Shown here piece by piece: positions 1-12,200 of a stretch of DNA of 64,000 nt. The stretch is from positions 124,001 to 188,000 of the forward strand of contig CDRNVI010000156.1 of assembly GCA_977017575.1 (NCBI GenBank), in the 5' to 3' direction. Every line of letters starts with the position of its first letter. The first letter of the stretch is position 1. The position numbers and the translations under genes are program-made. The notes under the pieces were generated by a model. That model saw only the letters and a list, made by a program, of their open reading frames with translations, made no database searches and had not been told where the DNA came from. This DNA is from Paramoeba atlantica. Taxonomy: Eukaryota > Protista > Discosea.

Positions 1-1492
1 AGATTCACTTGGGCCAAATCTTTCTCATCTTTTGGTTTTGATTTTCTTTTTATTTTAGTCACTCTTCTCCTTTCTCTTTTTCCTGATTCTTTTGTTTTCT
101 TTTTAGGTGTGGAAAGACATGAATTTGACAATATGTGGCAGTGCTTCTCTTGTTTCCCATGTAATGACTTATTTTATGTTTCGAACATTCCAAAATGTCC
201 GACCATCTGAATTCCTCGAGGGTGCTTGGGAGGTTTTATCTTCTTTCTCTTTCCTTTCTCTTTCCTTTTTTGTTTTTCTTCCTGTCTTCTTTTTTTTGTT
301 GTTGTTGTTTTTCGATTCATTGTACTTTTTTTAGAAAGAAGACAAATACGTTCGAGCCCCAAATTTAATGGAAATGGTTGATATGTTCAATCGGCTTTCG
401 TCAATGGTTGTTGAGTCGATCCTTTTTTGTGATGAGAGTTCACGTCGCCACATTTTGGCTTATATGATTAAATTAGCAAAGAAGTTTTTGAAGGTTTTTT
501 TTTTGTTTTCTTGTTTTCTTTGTACTTTGTTCTTATTCACTTTCTTCTTTCTTTTATTAAAACTTACTTGACCAGATAAATAATTTTGAAGGAGTTGCCG
601 CAGTAATGAGTGGGCTCAATCGATCTTCTATTCGTCGTTTGAAACCGTTGTGGGGGGATCTGAGCCAAAAGGTTTGTTTTTGAGATTTGATTGTGATTGT
701 GAGTCCAATCTGTCTTTGTTTTTGTTTGTTGATTGTGGTTTTTGTTCTGTTGATTGGATCTTTGTTTATTTTGTTCGTTGTTTGTGTGTTTTTTGCTGTT
801 TATCTTGTTCTATTCTCGCGAATGTTGGAGTTTGTGTTAATTTTTTGGACAGTTCAAACGAATATTTGAAGTTTTAGATGAGATGCTGGTCCCAGAGTTG
901 AACTTTAAAGGTTATCGAACTTCGCTGCAAGCTGTTGAGTTCGGCCCAGTTGTCCCTTGGTTGGGTCCAAAGGTAACCTTTTTTCATTTTTTTTTTTCTA
1001 ATACCATCTCTCTCTCTTTTTTTTTCTGAATTGTTTCCTTGTAGTTGAGGGAACTCCGATTTTTATATGAAGTTCCCATCACATCTGAAGATGGTTCTGT
1101 CAACTTCTCGCATATGATGGTTCAAATTTTTATTTTAGTTTTAGTAATTGGGTTATTATTGTCAAAAGCCCTAACAAAAATTATATGTCTGATCTTTGTG
1201 TGTACAGAAAATTGGAGCTTCCATCCGATGTCTTTTAGAGTACCAGAAGGCTGATTATGACGCCCCATTTTGTGATAAAACGTTACTTCTTCAATACTTA
1301 CGTTATCGTTCGATTCCAGAGGTGAATATTTTTTTATCATTATGTTTTTGTTTGTGTGGTGAGAGTTTTTGTGATGAGTTTTGGGTGTTGCGAAGTTGTT
1401 CAAGAGAAGGGTTTTTGAATTTATTGGTCTTTTTTAGGAAGTTTGTTATCAACGTTCTCTCGAGCTCCACCCAATACCAAAAAAGAAGATGA
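1..1492 (+). CDS. RasGEF (CDC25-type catalytic domain), 3' part of a multi-exon gene
   Basis: Spliced exons read VRAPNLMEMVDMFNRLSSMVVESIL...INNFEGVAAVMSGLNRSSIRRL...PVVPWLG...GSVNFSHM...YQRSLELHP, matching RasGEF motifs (NNF/GL/RL, P.VP..G, G.VNF.K, SLELEP). Stop TGA at 1490-1492; 5' end lies outside the window. Confidence 0.9.
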
Positions 1493-1773
1493 ATCAAGAA
1501 TAGTCATCTTTCTGCTGATTAATTATTTTAACAACCTTTTTATTTTATTTATCTGAGATAATAGCACCAAACACAAATGAATTGTTGAATAAGATACTTT
1601 TTTGGTTTTTTTTGGGTGTAAAACAGAGCATTTTGGGAGTTTCTTGAACCATTTTTTTCGGACTGTTTTCTCCAGGAGATCTCTAAGAAAGACTTCGTCT
1701 GTCTTCCCTCGAACCCAAATTGCCTTTTGGTCGATATTGTCAGAAGTGAGGTGGTCAATCTTTATCCTCGAAA

Positions 1774-2673
1774 TCAGTCCCGTTTTGCATGTTTTACATT
1801 CAGACCTTGGCGGATTGGGTTTGACTCCTATTGCAACTTAGTTAGTCAGACAAAACAAGAGAGGAAAAGTAAAGGTGAAGAGAGGAACCTTGATTTCAAC
1901 GATTTCAAGAACAGTATTCTTATACCCACAAACTCCGACTTTAAATCCTGATGGGGCAAAATCCTCTGTGGTTCGAAGAAGATCAAGAAAAAGGCTCTGA
2001 TATTGCCAATAAGAAACTAAACCTTCATAAGAAATCGATCCAATCTGACTTTCATTGACAACAAATTCAAGAAACCTAAAAAGAAAGAATTTTTGAACAT
2101 CTATTTGTTTTTGGAGACAACGGAAAAATTGGGACCTTTCTTTAGGATCAACAAGAACGGTGATTTCTGTAATTTCCGGGCGGGAAGTCGGAGCTTCGTA
2201 GACAAGAATATCGTCTCTTGCTCGATTGAGCCGTGAACACTTCATGGCAACTTTCGATTTTTTGAAGAGAAAAGATCTTCTTGAAGATAATTCTTCGACT
2301 GGAACAGCTCCTGAAAAGAAACCATCGAAAGAAGAGAAGAATAAAAATTTTGAAAGGAGAAAAAAAAAACGTTTTGAATTCAAAAAAACCAACAACAATG
2401 CGTTGGTTGTTTTTGATTTTGAAAGAAAAGATTTGGTTGTCGAAACTCTGAAAAGAAATTTAATCGAGAGGGGGGAGGAGTTTTTGTGTTCCTTCAGAAA
2501 AATACAAACAAAACCTCATTCGAAAAGAGAGGAGAGAAATACAGAGCTGCAGGACCGCATGGGAAGGTGACTGTGAGATTTCCCTTTTTATCAAAGCGAA
2601 TATCTTTGATAGATTGAGAACTATTTTTCAAATCGAAGACTCTTTCCTTTTCTGAACTCAAACGAGCACCCAT
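1774..2673 (-). CDS. Small SPRY/B30.2-like beta-sandwich protein, copy A, predicted N-myristoylated (~190 aa, multi-exon)
   Basis: Starts MGARLSS (MGxxxS). Spliced product contains FSFKIKNNQRIVVGAVP...ITVLVDPKERFLEFVVNESQIG...FKVGVCG, resembling the SPRY 'IGVLLD...TLSF..NG..G' pattern. Ends ...HAKRD*. Confidence 0.6.
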
Positions 2674-2999
2674 CTGGGATGAGAATGAGAGACTTCTGAA
2701 ACCCAAGACACAAAAAGAGAAATAATTGGTTGTGGTTGTGGTGTCCTCAGAGAGAAAGGGGGACATTTTATCATTTCGTTTTTCTCCCCAATCACCCATT
2801 CCAAATTTCCTTTCAGAGAGGTGTTGTGAGCTGATTGTGTTTCGAAAGTTTCTTGAAACCATTTTTTGCGAAAAAAATGGTTCAACTGTTTTTCTCCAGG
2901 AAATCTCTTCCTTGAAGAAAGACTTCGTCTGTCTTCCCTCGAACCCAAATTACCTTTTGGTTGACATTGTCAGAAGTGAGGTGGTCAATCTTCTTGGAA

Positions 3000-3870
3000 T
3001 CAGTCCCGTTTTGCACGTTTCACATTCAAACCCCCAGGGTTTGGGTTTGATTCCTATTGAAACTTTGTTAACGGACAAAACAAGAGAGGAAAAACAAAGA
3101 GAGGAACAACAATCTCAAGAACAGTATTGCTGTGTCCACAAATTCCAACTTTAAATCCTGATGGGGCAAAATCCTCTGTGGTTTGATGAAGATCAGAAAA
3201 AAGGCTCTGATATTGTCAATTCGAAACCAAACCTTCATAAGAAGTCGATCCAATCTGACTTCCATTGACAACAAATTCAAGAAACCTAAAAAGAAAGAAT
3301 TTTTGAACATCTATTTGTTTTTGAAAGAGAACAGAAAATGGGACCTTTGTTGGGGATCAACAAAAACAGTGATTTCTGCGATTTGGGGGTCGGAGAACGG
3401 AAGTTTGTAGACGGGAATATCGTTTCTTGCTCCACCGATCTGCGAACTCTTCATGGCAACTTTCGTATTTTTGAATAAAGAATATTTTGAAGATAATTCT
3501 TCCACTGGAACAGCTCCTGAAAACAAACCATCGAAAGAAGTTAAAAAAAAAAAATTTTGGAAGGAGAAAAAAACTGTTCAAAAAAACCGACAACAATACA
3601 CTGGTTGTTAGTGATTTTGAAAGAAAAGGATTGGCTGTTGAAACTCTGAAAAACTTCAATTGAGAGGGAGGAGGAGTTTTTGTTCCTTTAGAAAAAGACA
3701 AACAAAACCTCATTCGAGAAGAGAGGAGAGAAATACAGATTTACAGGACCACTTGGGAAACTGACTTTGAGATTTCCCTTTTTATCAGCTCGAATATCTT
3801 TGATAGATTGAGAACTATTTTTCAAATCGAAGACTCTTTCCTTTTCTTCTGAACTCAAACGAGCACCCAT
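3000..3870 (-). CDS. Small SPRY-like protein, copy B, predicted N-myristoylated
   Basis: Close paralogue of copy A with the same MGARLSS start and the same intron positions. Ends ESNPNPGGLNVKRAKRD*. Confidence 0.6.
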
Positions 3871-4207
3871 CTGGGATGAGAATGAGAGACTTCTGAAACC
3901 CAAAACACAAAAACACAAAAATTGGTTGTGGTTGTGGTTGTGGTGTCCCCAGAGAGAAAGGGGGACATTTTATCATTTTTGTTTTCGCCCAATCACACAC
4001 CCATTCCAAATTTCCTTTCAGAGAGGTGTTGTGATTGTGTTTAAGAACAAGTCCCCATCAAAAAGAAAAGCTCTTTACATCTCTTCTATTGGAAAAGCCT
4101 TCACTTTGATGATCTCTTCTTTTTCCCCCTTTTTTAAGAAGATAGATTCAGCAGGACATTGATGTTATTCCAACCAAGAAGCAAACAATTTCACACAAGT
4201 TTTTTCT

Positions 4208-5103
4208 TCAATCACGTTTTGCAGGTTTCACACCAAGACCTTCAAGATTTGACTCCTATTCCATTTTGTTTACCAAAAGTCTTAGATTAAAAATTCAAGG
4301 AGAGAAATTACTATTTCAAGAATAGTGCCAGCGTGACCACAAATTCCGACTTTGAAATCTGCTGTTTTCTCAAATATTCCTGATGAAAATTAAAAAGATT
4401 AGACTTCTTTTTTTTTTTGAAACTTTCTAATTGGAAATTTTGGGATGAACCTTGATAGGAACTCGATCCAATAACCGTTCCATTGACAATGAACTCAAGG
4501 GTTCTACCACAAAAAAAAATCAAAAGAGAATCTTCTTCACCCTTTTTTTCCTTTTCCTTTTCCTTTTCCTTTTTTCCTTTTTGTTTCAATGAAAATGGTA
4601 AAAAAAAAACTGTTGGAGGGTGTCAACAAAAATGGTGATTTCGTTGCACCCATCTCGTCCTGACCGATAGACGAGAATATCATCTCTTGCTCCAGAGATC
4701 TCTGAACTCTTCATGGCAACTCTTGATTCTTTAAACAGGTAATTCTTTGAAGCCAAATGTTCCACTGGGACTGCTCCTGATCAAAAGATAAGACTTGTTG
4801 GTTGACGAAGAATTTTTCTTAAAAAGGAATAACCTACAACGATACAATTGTTTGCACTGATTTTGAAAGTAAACGACTCTTTTTGACAGCACTCAGGACT
4901 CTTCATGATTGAAATTTGGTGAACAAACAAAATTTGAAAACAAAAATTCCAATTAAAAAAACAACCTGAGTAAAGAGAGGAGAGAAATAAAGGTTCACAG
5001 GGCCACAAGGAAAAGTAACTTTGAGATTCCCACTCTCTTCCTGAAAATTTACAATTTCTCTGCTACTTTCTTTCAAATCGAAGATTTCATTTTTGAAGTT
5101 CAT
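4208..5103 (-). CDS. Small SPRY-like protein, copy C (divergent, no myristoylation motif)
   Basis: Starts MNFKNEIFDLK. Contains ITIFVDTLQQTLEFIVNGTVIG and FKVGICG, has the same exon layout as A and B, and ends GLGVKPAKRD*. Confidence 0.55.
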
Positions 5104-5224
5104 GAACTCTCTTTTTACGACTGCGGCGAACCAAGAAACCAACCAACAAAAAAAAACGAAACGGAAGAGCGAGCCAGAAAGAAACCACTTTGGCTCAAAA
5201 GAGAAAAAGCAAAAGAATCAAAAG

Positions 5225-5381
5225 TTAGGACTCATTTTGTTGACGTCATCTGACCCCTTTTTCTGAAAGACTCATTTTGATTTCGAAAGCCACCCGCTTT
5301 CGGGTGGAGAAGAGCACGAATCAAAACTTAGGACTCATTTTATTGACGTCATCTGACCCCCTTTTCTGAAAGACTCATTTT
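5225..5381. promoter_or_regulatory. Putative bidirectional promoter: ~55-bp direct repeat pair, each with TGACGTCA (CRE), flanking a 7-bp stem hairpin
   Basis: ttaggactcatttt(g/a)ttgacgtcatctgacccc...ctgaaagactcattttg occurs at 5225-5279 and 5328-5381, with CREs at 5241 and 5344. Hairpin ccacccg-cttt-cgggtgg at 5290-5307. Lies between divergent starts at 5103(-) and 5416(+). Confidence 0.55.
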
Positions 5382-5415
5382 GCCACTTGCGTTCTGCTGG
5401 TGGAGATTATTACGA

Positions 5416-8400
5416 ATGTCCTCTGATGACCCAGCGGACCAATTGTTTGAAGCTGTTGAATCTGGAGCCTGTGAGAAAGTGGAACGAGTTCTTTTGAATT
5501 TTTCAAGAGACCCAAAAGAACTCGTTAGTCGAGCTCCTCGATGTCAGGTGAGCCGTCTTTTTGTTTTCGGAAAGGGAGAATGAATCATATCTTTTTGAGT
5601 TTTGAACAAGAAAATAGGGAGGAGTTACTCCTCTGATTCGGGCTTGCCAAAAAGAAGATTTGAAAATGGTTTCTTTCTTGTTGAAACAAGGTGCTTCTCT
5701 GAAGAGTGTTACTGTGGTTTTGCTTAGTTCTTTTCTTGACTTTCTTCACCAGAGGACCTTTTTAATTTCCCCCCCCTCTTCCCCTAACAGGATGGAACAA
5801 CACCACTGATTGCGGCCTGTGAACTTGGGAATCTTGAACTCGCCCAAATTTTATTAGAAAATGGATCTCCCTTTCATCCAAGGCAGGTAAAAAAAACTGC
5901 CCTGTATGTAGCTTGCGATAAAGATAATTTCAAATTAGCAGCCTTTCTGATTGAAAGAGGGGCAAAGATCGACCAGTCAATCTCCGTATCTTCTTTATTT
6001 TATTTCAAAAATTGCTCTAAATTAATAATAGTTTTCTTCAACAGGGAGGATGGAACCCATTGTCTTTGGCGGTTCGAGAGAATGACCACAAAATGCTCAA
6101 TTTTCTTTTAGAAAAGGGGGCGAATTTTCTTTACCCTACAAAGGTTTTGTTTTTGGATTCATTTGACTGGAATTTTTTATTTATTTTTTCTTCTTATCAT
6201 TGATTAGGATAGAATGACTTGTCTTCATGTCGCATGCAAAGAAGGGAATTTAGAGATGGCCAAAATCTTTGTCAATCGAGGGGGTTTTGATATTGATGTC
6301 AAAGATAGCAGAGTTTTCCTCTTCCTTTCCAAACTTTTTGATAATTTTTGACTCGAAAAATTGACAAATCTTTCAAGGGAAATTCAAGTTTGTATATTGC
6401 CTGCCAAGAAGGACACCTGGATATTGCTGCCATGTTATTGGACCATGGGGCCTCAATTAACCTCCCTAACAAAGTTGGCTCTCTCTTTTTTTTTTGATAT
6501 TTTTTTTTGATATTGAGGTCTGGGAACAAAGGAAGGTATCACGCCATTGATCAGAGCGTGTCAAATTGGTAATTTGAAAACTGTAACCTTCTTACTGGAG
6601 AATAATGGTTCTCTGGCGATGATATCAGCGGTTTTTTTTATTTTTTATTTATAATCTGATATTATTCATTTATGATGTTATTTCATTCTATTTTTAAATG
6701 GAGTCTGGGTCTTCTAAAAGGTTGCTAAAAAGGATGGGACGAGCCCACTTATCGCTGCTTGTGAGATTGAGAACCTAGAACTCGCTCACCTTTTATTGGA
6801 GAGAGGATCTCCTCTTCATCCCATTTCAGTTTAATTCGACTCAATTTAAACTGAGTTTTTATTCTCCCAACTAAATTCTATGTTTTTTTCGGAAGGAGGA
6901 AAACCAGACTCGCAAAACTGCTCTCTATTCAGCTTGCAAAAATGGAGATTTTGAGATGGTCAAATTTTTGATCCAAAAAGGGGCGAAAGTTAATCAATCA
7001 ACCTCAGTTAATTTTCTCTTTCTTAAAAAAATCATTTGTATCAAGAGTTAATGTTATATTGTAAATAGTATGGTGGTTGGAATCCGTTGTGCATTGTATG
7101 CCACAATAATGAACCAACAATTCTCTCTTTTCTCATTAAAAATGGTGTAAATGTCAGATTTTTGACGGTTGGCGCTCTCTCCCTCAATTTATCATTTTAT
7201 TGATTTGTTGAATTTTTGAAATTTCCAGTAAAAATATGGTAAACAGGGCAGAGGAGATTCACCATTGTATCTTGCTACGATGAAAGGGAATACCGAATGT
7301 GTAAAAATTCTTCTTGACAAAGGGGGTTTCAACATTGACCACCAAGAGCCGAAGGTTTTTCCACTTTTATCTCCCCTTTTTTCTTTTTTCACCTTCTCAA
7401 CCCCAATTTTTAGATGAAGAAATCAAGTTTATTGGTTGCTTGTGAAAAAGGATTTCTGCAAATTGCAAAATTGCTTGTGGAGAAAGGAGCTTCAGTTAAT
7501 CTTGCAAACGAAGTTCTCTCTTTTTTTTTATGTTCTTTCCTTTTTTGAGAACAACATGGTGTTCATATTTTAGAGGTCAGTTCGGAATGTCTCCCTTTTT
7601 GATTTCTTGTTCGAGTGGAAATATTCAACTTGTTGCTTTGCTCGCAAAAAAAGAAGCTCAACTCCAATTAAAAGGTCCTTATTCTGTGACTCTTGATGGA
7701 GTTCACTTGGCATGGCAGAAGGGGCACCTTGATGTCGTTATTTTTCTGATGGAGAATATGAAAGAGGTTTATCATTCATGCTGGGATTTTTTTCGTTTTC
7801 TTAAAATATTTTTCCAATTGAGATCAAAAATGAGAATAATTCACAGTCAATAAGTGTTGCGACTCTTTGTTGTGCTGTCAATTCTGGCAAATTTGATTTT
7901 GTCAAATTGTGGGTGTCAAAGAAATGTCCAATTAATAAGATTGATTCTGTTTCTGTTCGGTTCTCTTTCTTTTAATCCTCAAAGTCTCCTTATTGAATCA
8001 GAATCTCTCTTCTTAGGCGCATTCACCTCTCTCTATGGCCTGTGTTAATGGGAGAACAGAGATAGTTGAGTTTCTTTTGCAAAATGGGGCTCAAAATACA
8101 GTTGAGGTTGGAAAAAACTTGGGAAGTTTTTCTTTTTTCTTTCATTTTAACCTTCATTTTTGCGTAGAATGTGAGTGCTTTCCATGAACTCTGCCGATCA
8201 TCTCAAGTTCTCCAAATTGCTCATCTTCTTTTGGACTCTGGGGCTGATGTCAATGAAATATGTCAGGTATGGTGGTCTTTACAAAAAGCCCCAGTTAAAA
8301 AAAAAACTCACCCTCCTTTTCAAGGATCTAACCTCTTTGATGATAATCTGCAAGTGCACCTTCAGATACGAAGTTTTTGATCTTGTCTCTCTCTTGCTGG

Positions 8401-8979
8401 AAAGGGGCGTTCGGATAAATCAAAAGAATCAGGTATTTATCTTTTGAGGTTTTGTGTGCTGAGTGGACTCCCAAAATCTATTTTATTTTAGAAAGGGAAA
8501 ACAGCTCTTCATTTTGCTGTTCGTTCTAACAATTTCAAACTTGTGAAGCTTCTCTGCGAACATGATGCTGACACTGAAGCAACAACAAAAGACGTTTGAT
8601 TTTTTTAGAAAAAGATCAGGGATTTTGGCAGAATCTAAAATTCTAAAAAAAATACAATCTAGGGGGAGACACCAATGGATATGGTTTGGTTTGGCGATCT
8701 GGATATGAGAAAGTTGTTGAGTGTAATCGATTTCTTTTTTTTGTTACTTTTTTACCAACCTTTCTCACTTTGACCAATCAAAAGGAATTCAGTCAAAATC
8801 GCATTGATGGGTCAATAAAACCTGCAAAACGAGAAGAGAAAGACAAGTTGGGTGGAGAAGAAGAAAAAGAAGATGTTGAGGAATGCGGAAACAAAAAAAG
8901 AAAAATACGAGATGAACCTTTTGTGGAAGGTGATATTGAGTACAAAAAACCGAGACAGGTAGTGGACACTAAAAAATAG
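5416..8979 (+). CDS. Ankyrin-repeat protein (~19 repeats, many introns) with a charged, NLS-like C-terminal tail
   Basis: Successive exons encode ankyrin repeats (GVTPLIRACQKEDL, GTTPLIAACELGNL, KTALYVAC, GWNPLSLAV, GKTALHFAV...LLCEHDAD). Tail contains NKKRKIR and YKKPR; stop at 8977-8979. Confidence 0.9.
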
Positions 8980-9252
8980 TTCTTCTTTTTGTTTTTCATT
9001 TCCTTTTTGTTCATAAAATTATTTGAAGAAAGAAATCTTTTCGAATGATCCAAAATTTGTTGTTCGAAAAATTATTCGAGCTGCTTTTCACGCTTCTTTC
9101 AAGTCTGGACTTTATCGCAGAAAAAGCCGATGGGAGTATGAACATTTTTTCAGATGCAAAAAAAGACACAGATTTCATTTTCAGACTATCGATAATCGGT
9201 TGGCAGCGTCTTTCGGTTTTCTTTCTCGCGGTTTCCAACAAGAAGAAAGGAG

Positions 9253-12200
9253 ATGAAAGAGCAAAGAGGATTGTTAATCCTTCCCCTCTTCGTTCTTTTG
9301 ATCTTACATCAGTGTTTTGGAGATCAAAGGAGTTCGTCCGATCCAGAATTTGCTAAATCTTGGAACCTCAAGCCAACCTCGGCGATACAGAGAGGCCACA
9401 TCAATGTTCAACCAGCCTGGGATTTTGGTTTTACAGGAGCAGGTCGATTCTCTCTTTTTCTCTTTCTTTCATTCTTCTTCTTTCTTTTTCTGATCGCTTC
9501 ATTCTAAAGGGGTGACTGTTGGGCTTGGTAACCATGCCCCAAATAACTATCATTTAGAATTGAAAGGAAAATTAAGTTCTCACGTTTGTTTTTCTTCTGA
9601 TCTCTCTCTTTTTTTTTCACTTTGGGTTTTCGAAAAAGAAGGTTGGGGTTCTGACCACTCTTTTTCTTTCTTCTCTTCTTAGTCTCTTGAGATTTATGAA
9701 CGGTATCAAAAAAATATGACAACATCAGTTGTGGCAGTGGCACTAGGGAAAACAATGAATGGTGTTTGTAGCCGCGGTGTTGCTCATGGTGCTTCTTATT
9801 CAATGGTTGCCTTTGGGAGCCAGGTAACCAAGATATTCCTTTCTTCTCCTTTGATTGTTTTCTCATCTCTCAAAACAATTTTCAGGGATGGAAACATCTC
9901 GATTTTCTGGCAAGCCCTGTCCCTGTTGATATTTATATCAGAGATTTCGTTGGGAATGATAATCCCAAATCTAATAGCCAATGTACTTTTTTATGACTTT
10001 TTAAAAAACTTATTCACCAAAAAAAAAGAGAAAATTTTGAAGAAGGTCCTTATTTTTGGAGAAATAGGTACTAAGTGCTGGGACAATGTAAAGGCTGCGA
10101 TTGAACGAGAGAAAATCATCATTGGATATTCTGGTTTGAAGTTTTCGTCTTTCCCTCAAGGAAAAAGTTTCCTATTTCTTTTTCCTCCCCCTGATCTTTT
10201 TTATTCTTTTTCATCAGGAAATGGTGGTGAAGATGACAACTGCAATTATGATATGTACGCGAATGCACCATTTGTGATCAATGTTGGAGCTCATACAGCT
10301 GACGCTCAGCCTGCTCCCTATTCTGAGCACTGTTCTAGTATTGTTCGTTTTTGTTTCATCTTGATACATTGGTAGAATATATTTTTTGATGAACTGTTGT
10401 TGTTTTTTAGCTTGTTTCTGCTCCTGGTGGAGATAAAACACATGGAATCCCAACAGCCTCTGCTCGAGGTTCAGATTGTACCCACACAACATATGGTGGG
10501 GAACTTGCAGCAGCAAATACAGGTTTTACACATGACACATTTAAGAAAACGAAATTTATTTTTTTTTTGTTCTTTTTATTTATTTATTTTTTAATAAGCT
10601 GGAGTTGTTGCTCTCATGCTCGAAGCCAAAATGCATCACATTTCAGCTCGTGATGTTGCCCATATTCTTGTAGACAGTGCGAAATTCCCCCCAAAAGGAG
10701 TTTCGAGTAGTCAGAATGGGGCTGGAAGGGCCTACAATGACTACATTGGGTTTGGAACGATTGATGCTGGGGAGGCTCTTCGAAATACAATTCTCTTTAC
10801 TGGACTTCATTACCCAAGAGTTTGACCTTCTTTTACTTCTTTCCTTTTTTCTTTGTGGATTTTTTTTTAAAAATGAATTTCGTCCCAAAAGTCTCTAGTT
10901 CAACAAATGGCGTCTCACTCCATCCCTGATGGAGGAAGAGTGTCTCTCGAAGTTCCTTTTGAGTCAAATTACAATGTTGATTGGGTTTGAAAATCTTTTT
11001 CTCACTCTGTTGAAAACTTGGTTCATTGATTCATATAATAATGAATTATTTTTGTAGGTGACTGTGGAAGCAGACATTATCCACACTGCACCAGGAGATT
11101 TAGAAATTTCTTTGGTGTCTCCTTCTGGGACCACCGCTCGCTTGACCAAAGCGAGACATGCCTCAAAACGGCGTGTTAAATTCTCTTTTTATATATTTTT
11201 TCCCCCTTCTTCTCCTACACAATCACTCACTTCCTTTTGAAAATACAACAGTTACTCGCCGTTGTTTCTGCATCTAGAAAGACTTTTGCTTTTCATGTTG
11301 AACCAATTAATTCTGGTATAAATTTTCTCCCTTTGAGTTCATTTCAAGAGTCTCTGTCTCTTGAATAAATTAATAAAAAAAATTCATTCTCCAAAAAAAG
11401 GATCACGTACTTGGAAAGGAAGGGATCATGTTACCTTCTACACAACAACAGAAGATGGAGGTTGCTGTTCTCTCGGACGCAGCTGTTCTTTTACCCTGAC
11501 TCAGTTCCTTTTTTTTTTGAATTTTTTTTTTCCTGAGATTTCTTTCTATTATTCTCATTTTTTCTAATCTCTGATCGTTCGGTTTTCCTCTTTTAGACCT
11601 AAAGTTCCTGAAATCACTTACATTCTTGCTCTCAAAGATCATGGTCTCTGTCCTCCAGAAACCGAGTTGAGAAATGCTTTTAATCGCAACAACCCATACC
11701 AGCCTGATGTTGTGTTGCTTGGTATCTCATTTTTGAAATTTATTTTCATTCTCCTTTCTCCTTTTTTGTTTGAAGGTGACAAAAATTGTAGGAGGATCAA
11801 GGGCAAGATGGACACAAGTCTCACAGGGGAGAGGTGGCATCATTTTTGGTGTTTCAGATTCAGAATTCAGGTTTTTGTCGCTTTTTGGGTTGGGACTTTT
11901 TCAAAGCTCAATATTCTTATTAATTTTTGTGCCCACAACAGAGAGATTGATACACGAGTGGAGGATGCCAAATTATCAATTAGCAGCAAATATGATAAAA
12001 TTCCGGAACTCTCTTTGGAAGACTGGAAATTTTCAGCGACAAAATTCTGGGGTGAAAACCCAACAGGTTTTATTTTTCCTCAGTTTTTTTTTTGGCATGT
12101 AAATATTCATTAATTTAATTTTTTTTTTTCCAGGAAATTGGTTGTTTATGATTAAGGACACTGCCAAGCTTGACGAGGGAAGAGTCCAAAACTTTCAAAT

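Larger units (their letters stand above)
1640..4030. repeat. Tandem ~1.2 kb duplication (units ~1640-2830 and ~2850-4030) covering the gene and both flanks
   Basis: Non-coding flanks are shared between units, e.g. gaaagacttcgtctgtcttccctcgaacccaaatt at ~1687 and ~2917, and cccattccaaatttcctttcagagaggtgttgtga at ~2795 and ~4000. Confidence 0.9.

Noticed and set aside
107-900. Many short Phe/Leu-rich or Lys/Arg-rich ORFs in the track (here and throughout)
   Set aside because: They arise from T-rich introns and their complements and have no coherent protein signal.
2650-2673. MGARLS resemblance to the retroviral Gag N-terminus (MGARAS)
   Set aside because: Explained by the generic N-myristoylation consensus; the gene has introns and no Gag, LTR or pol features.
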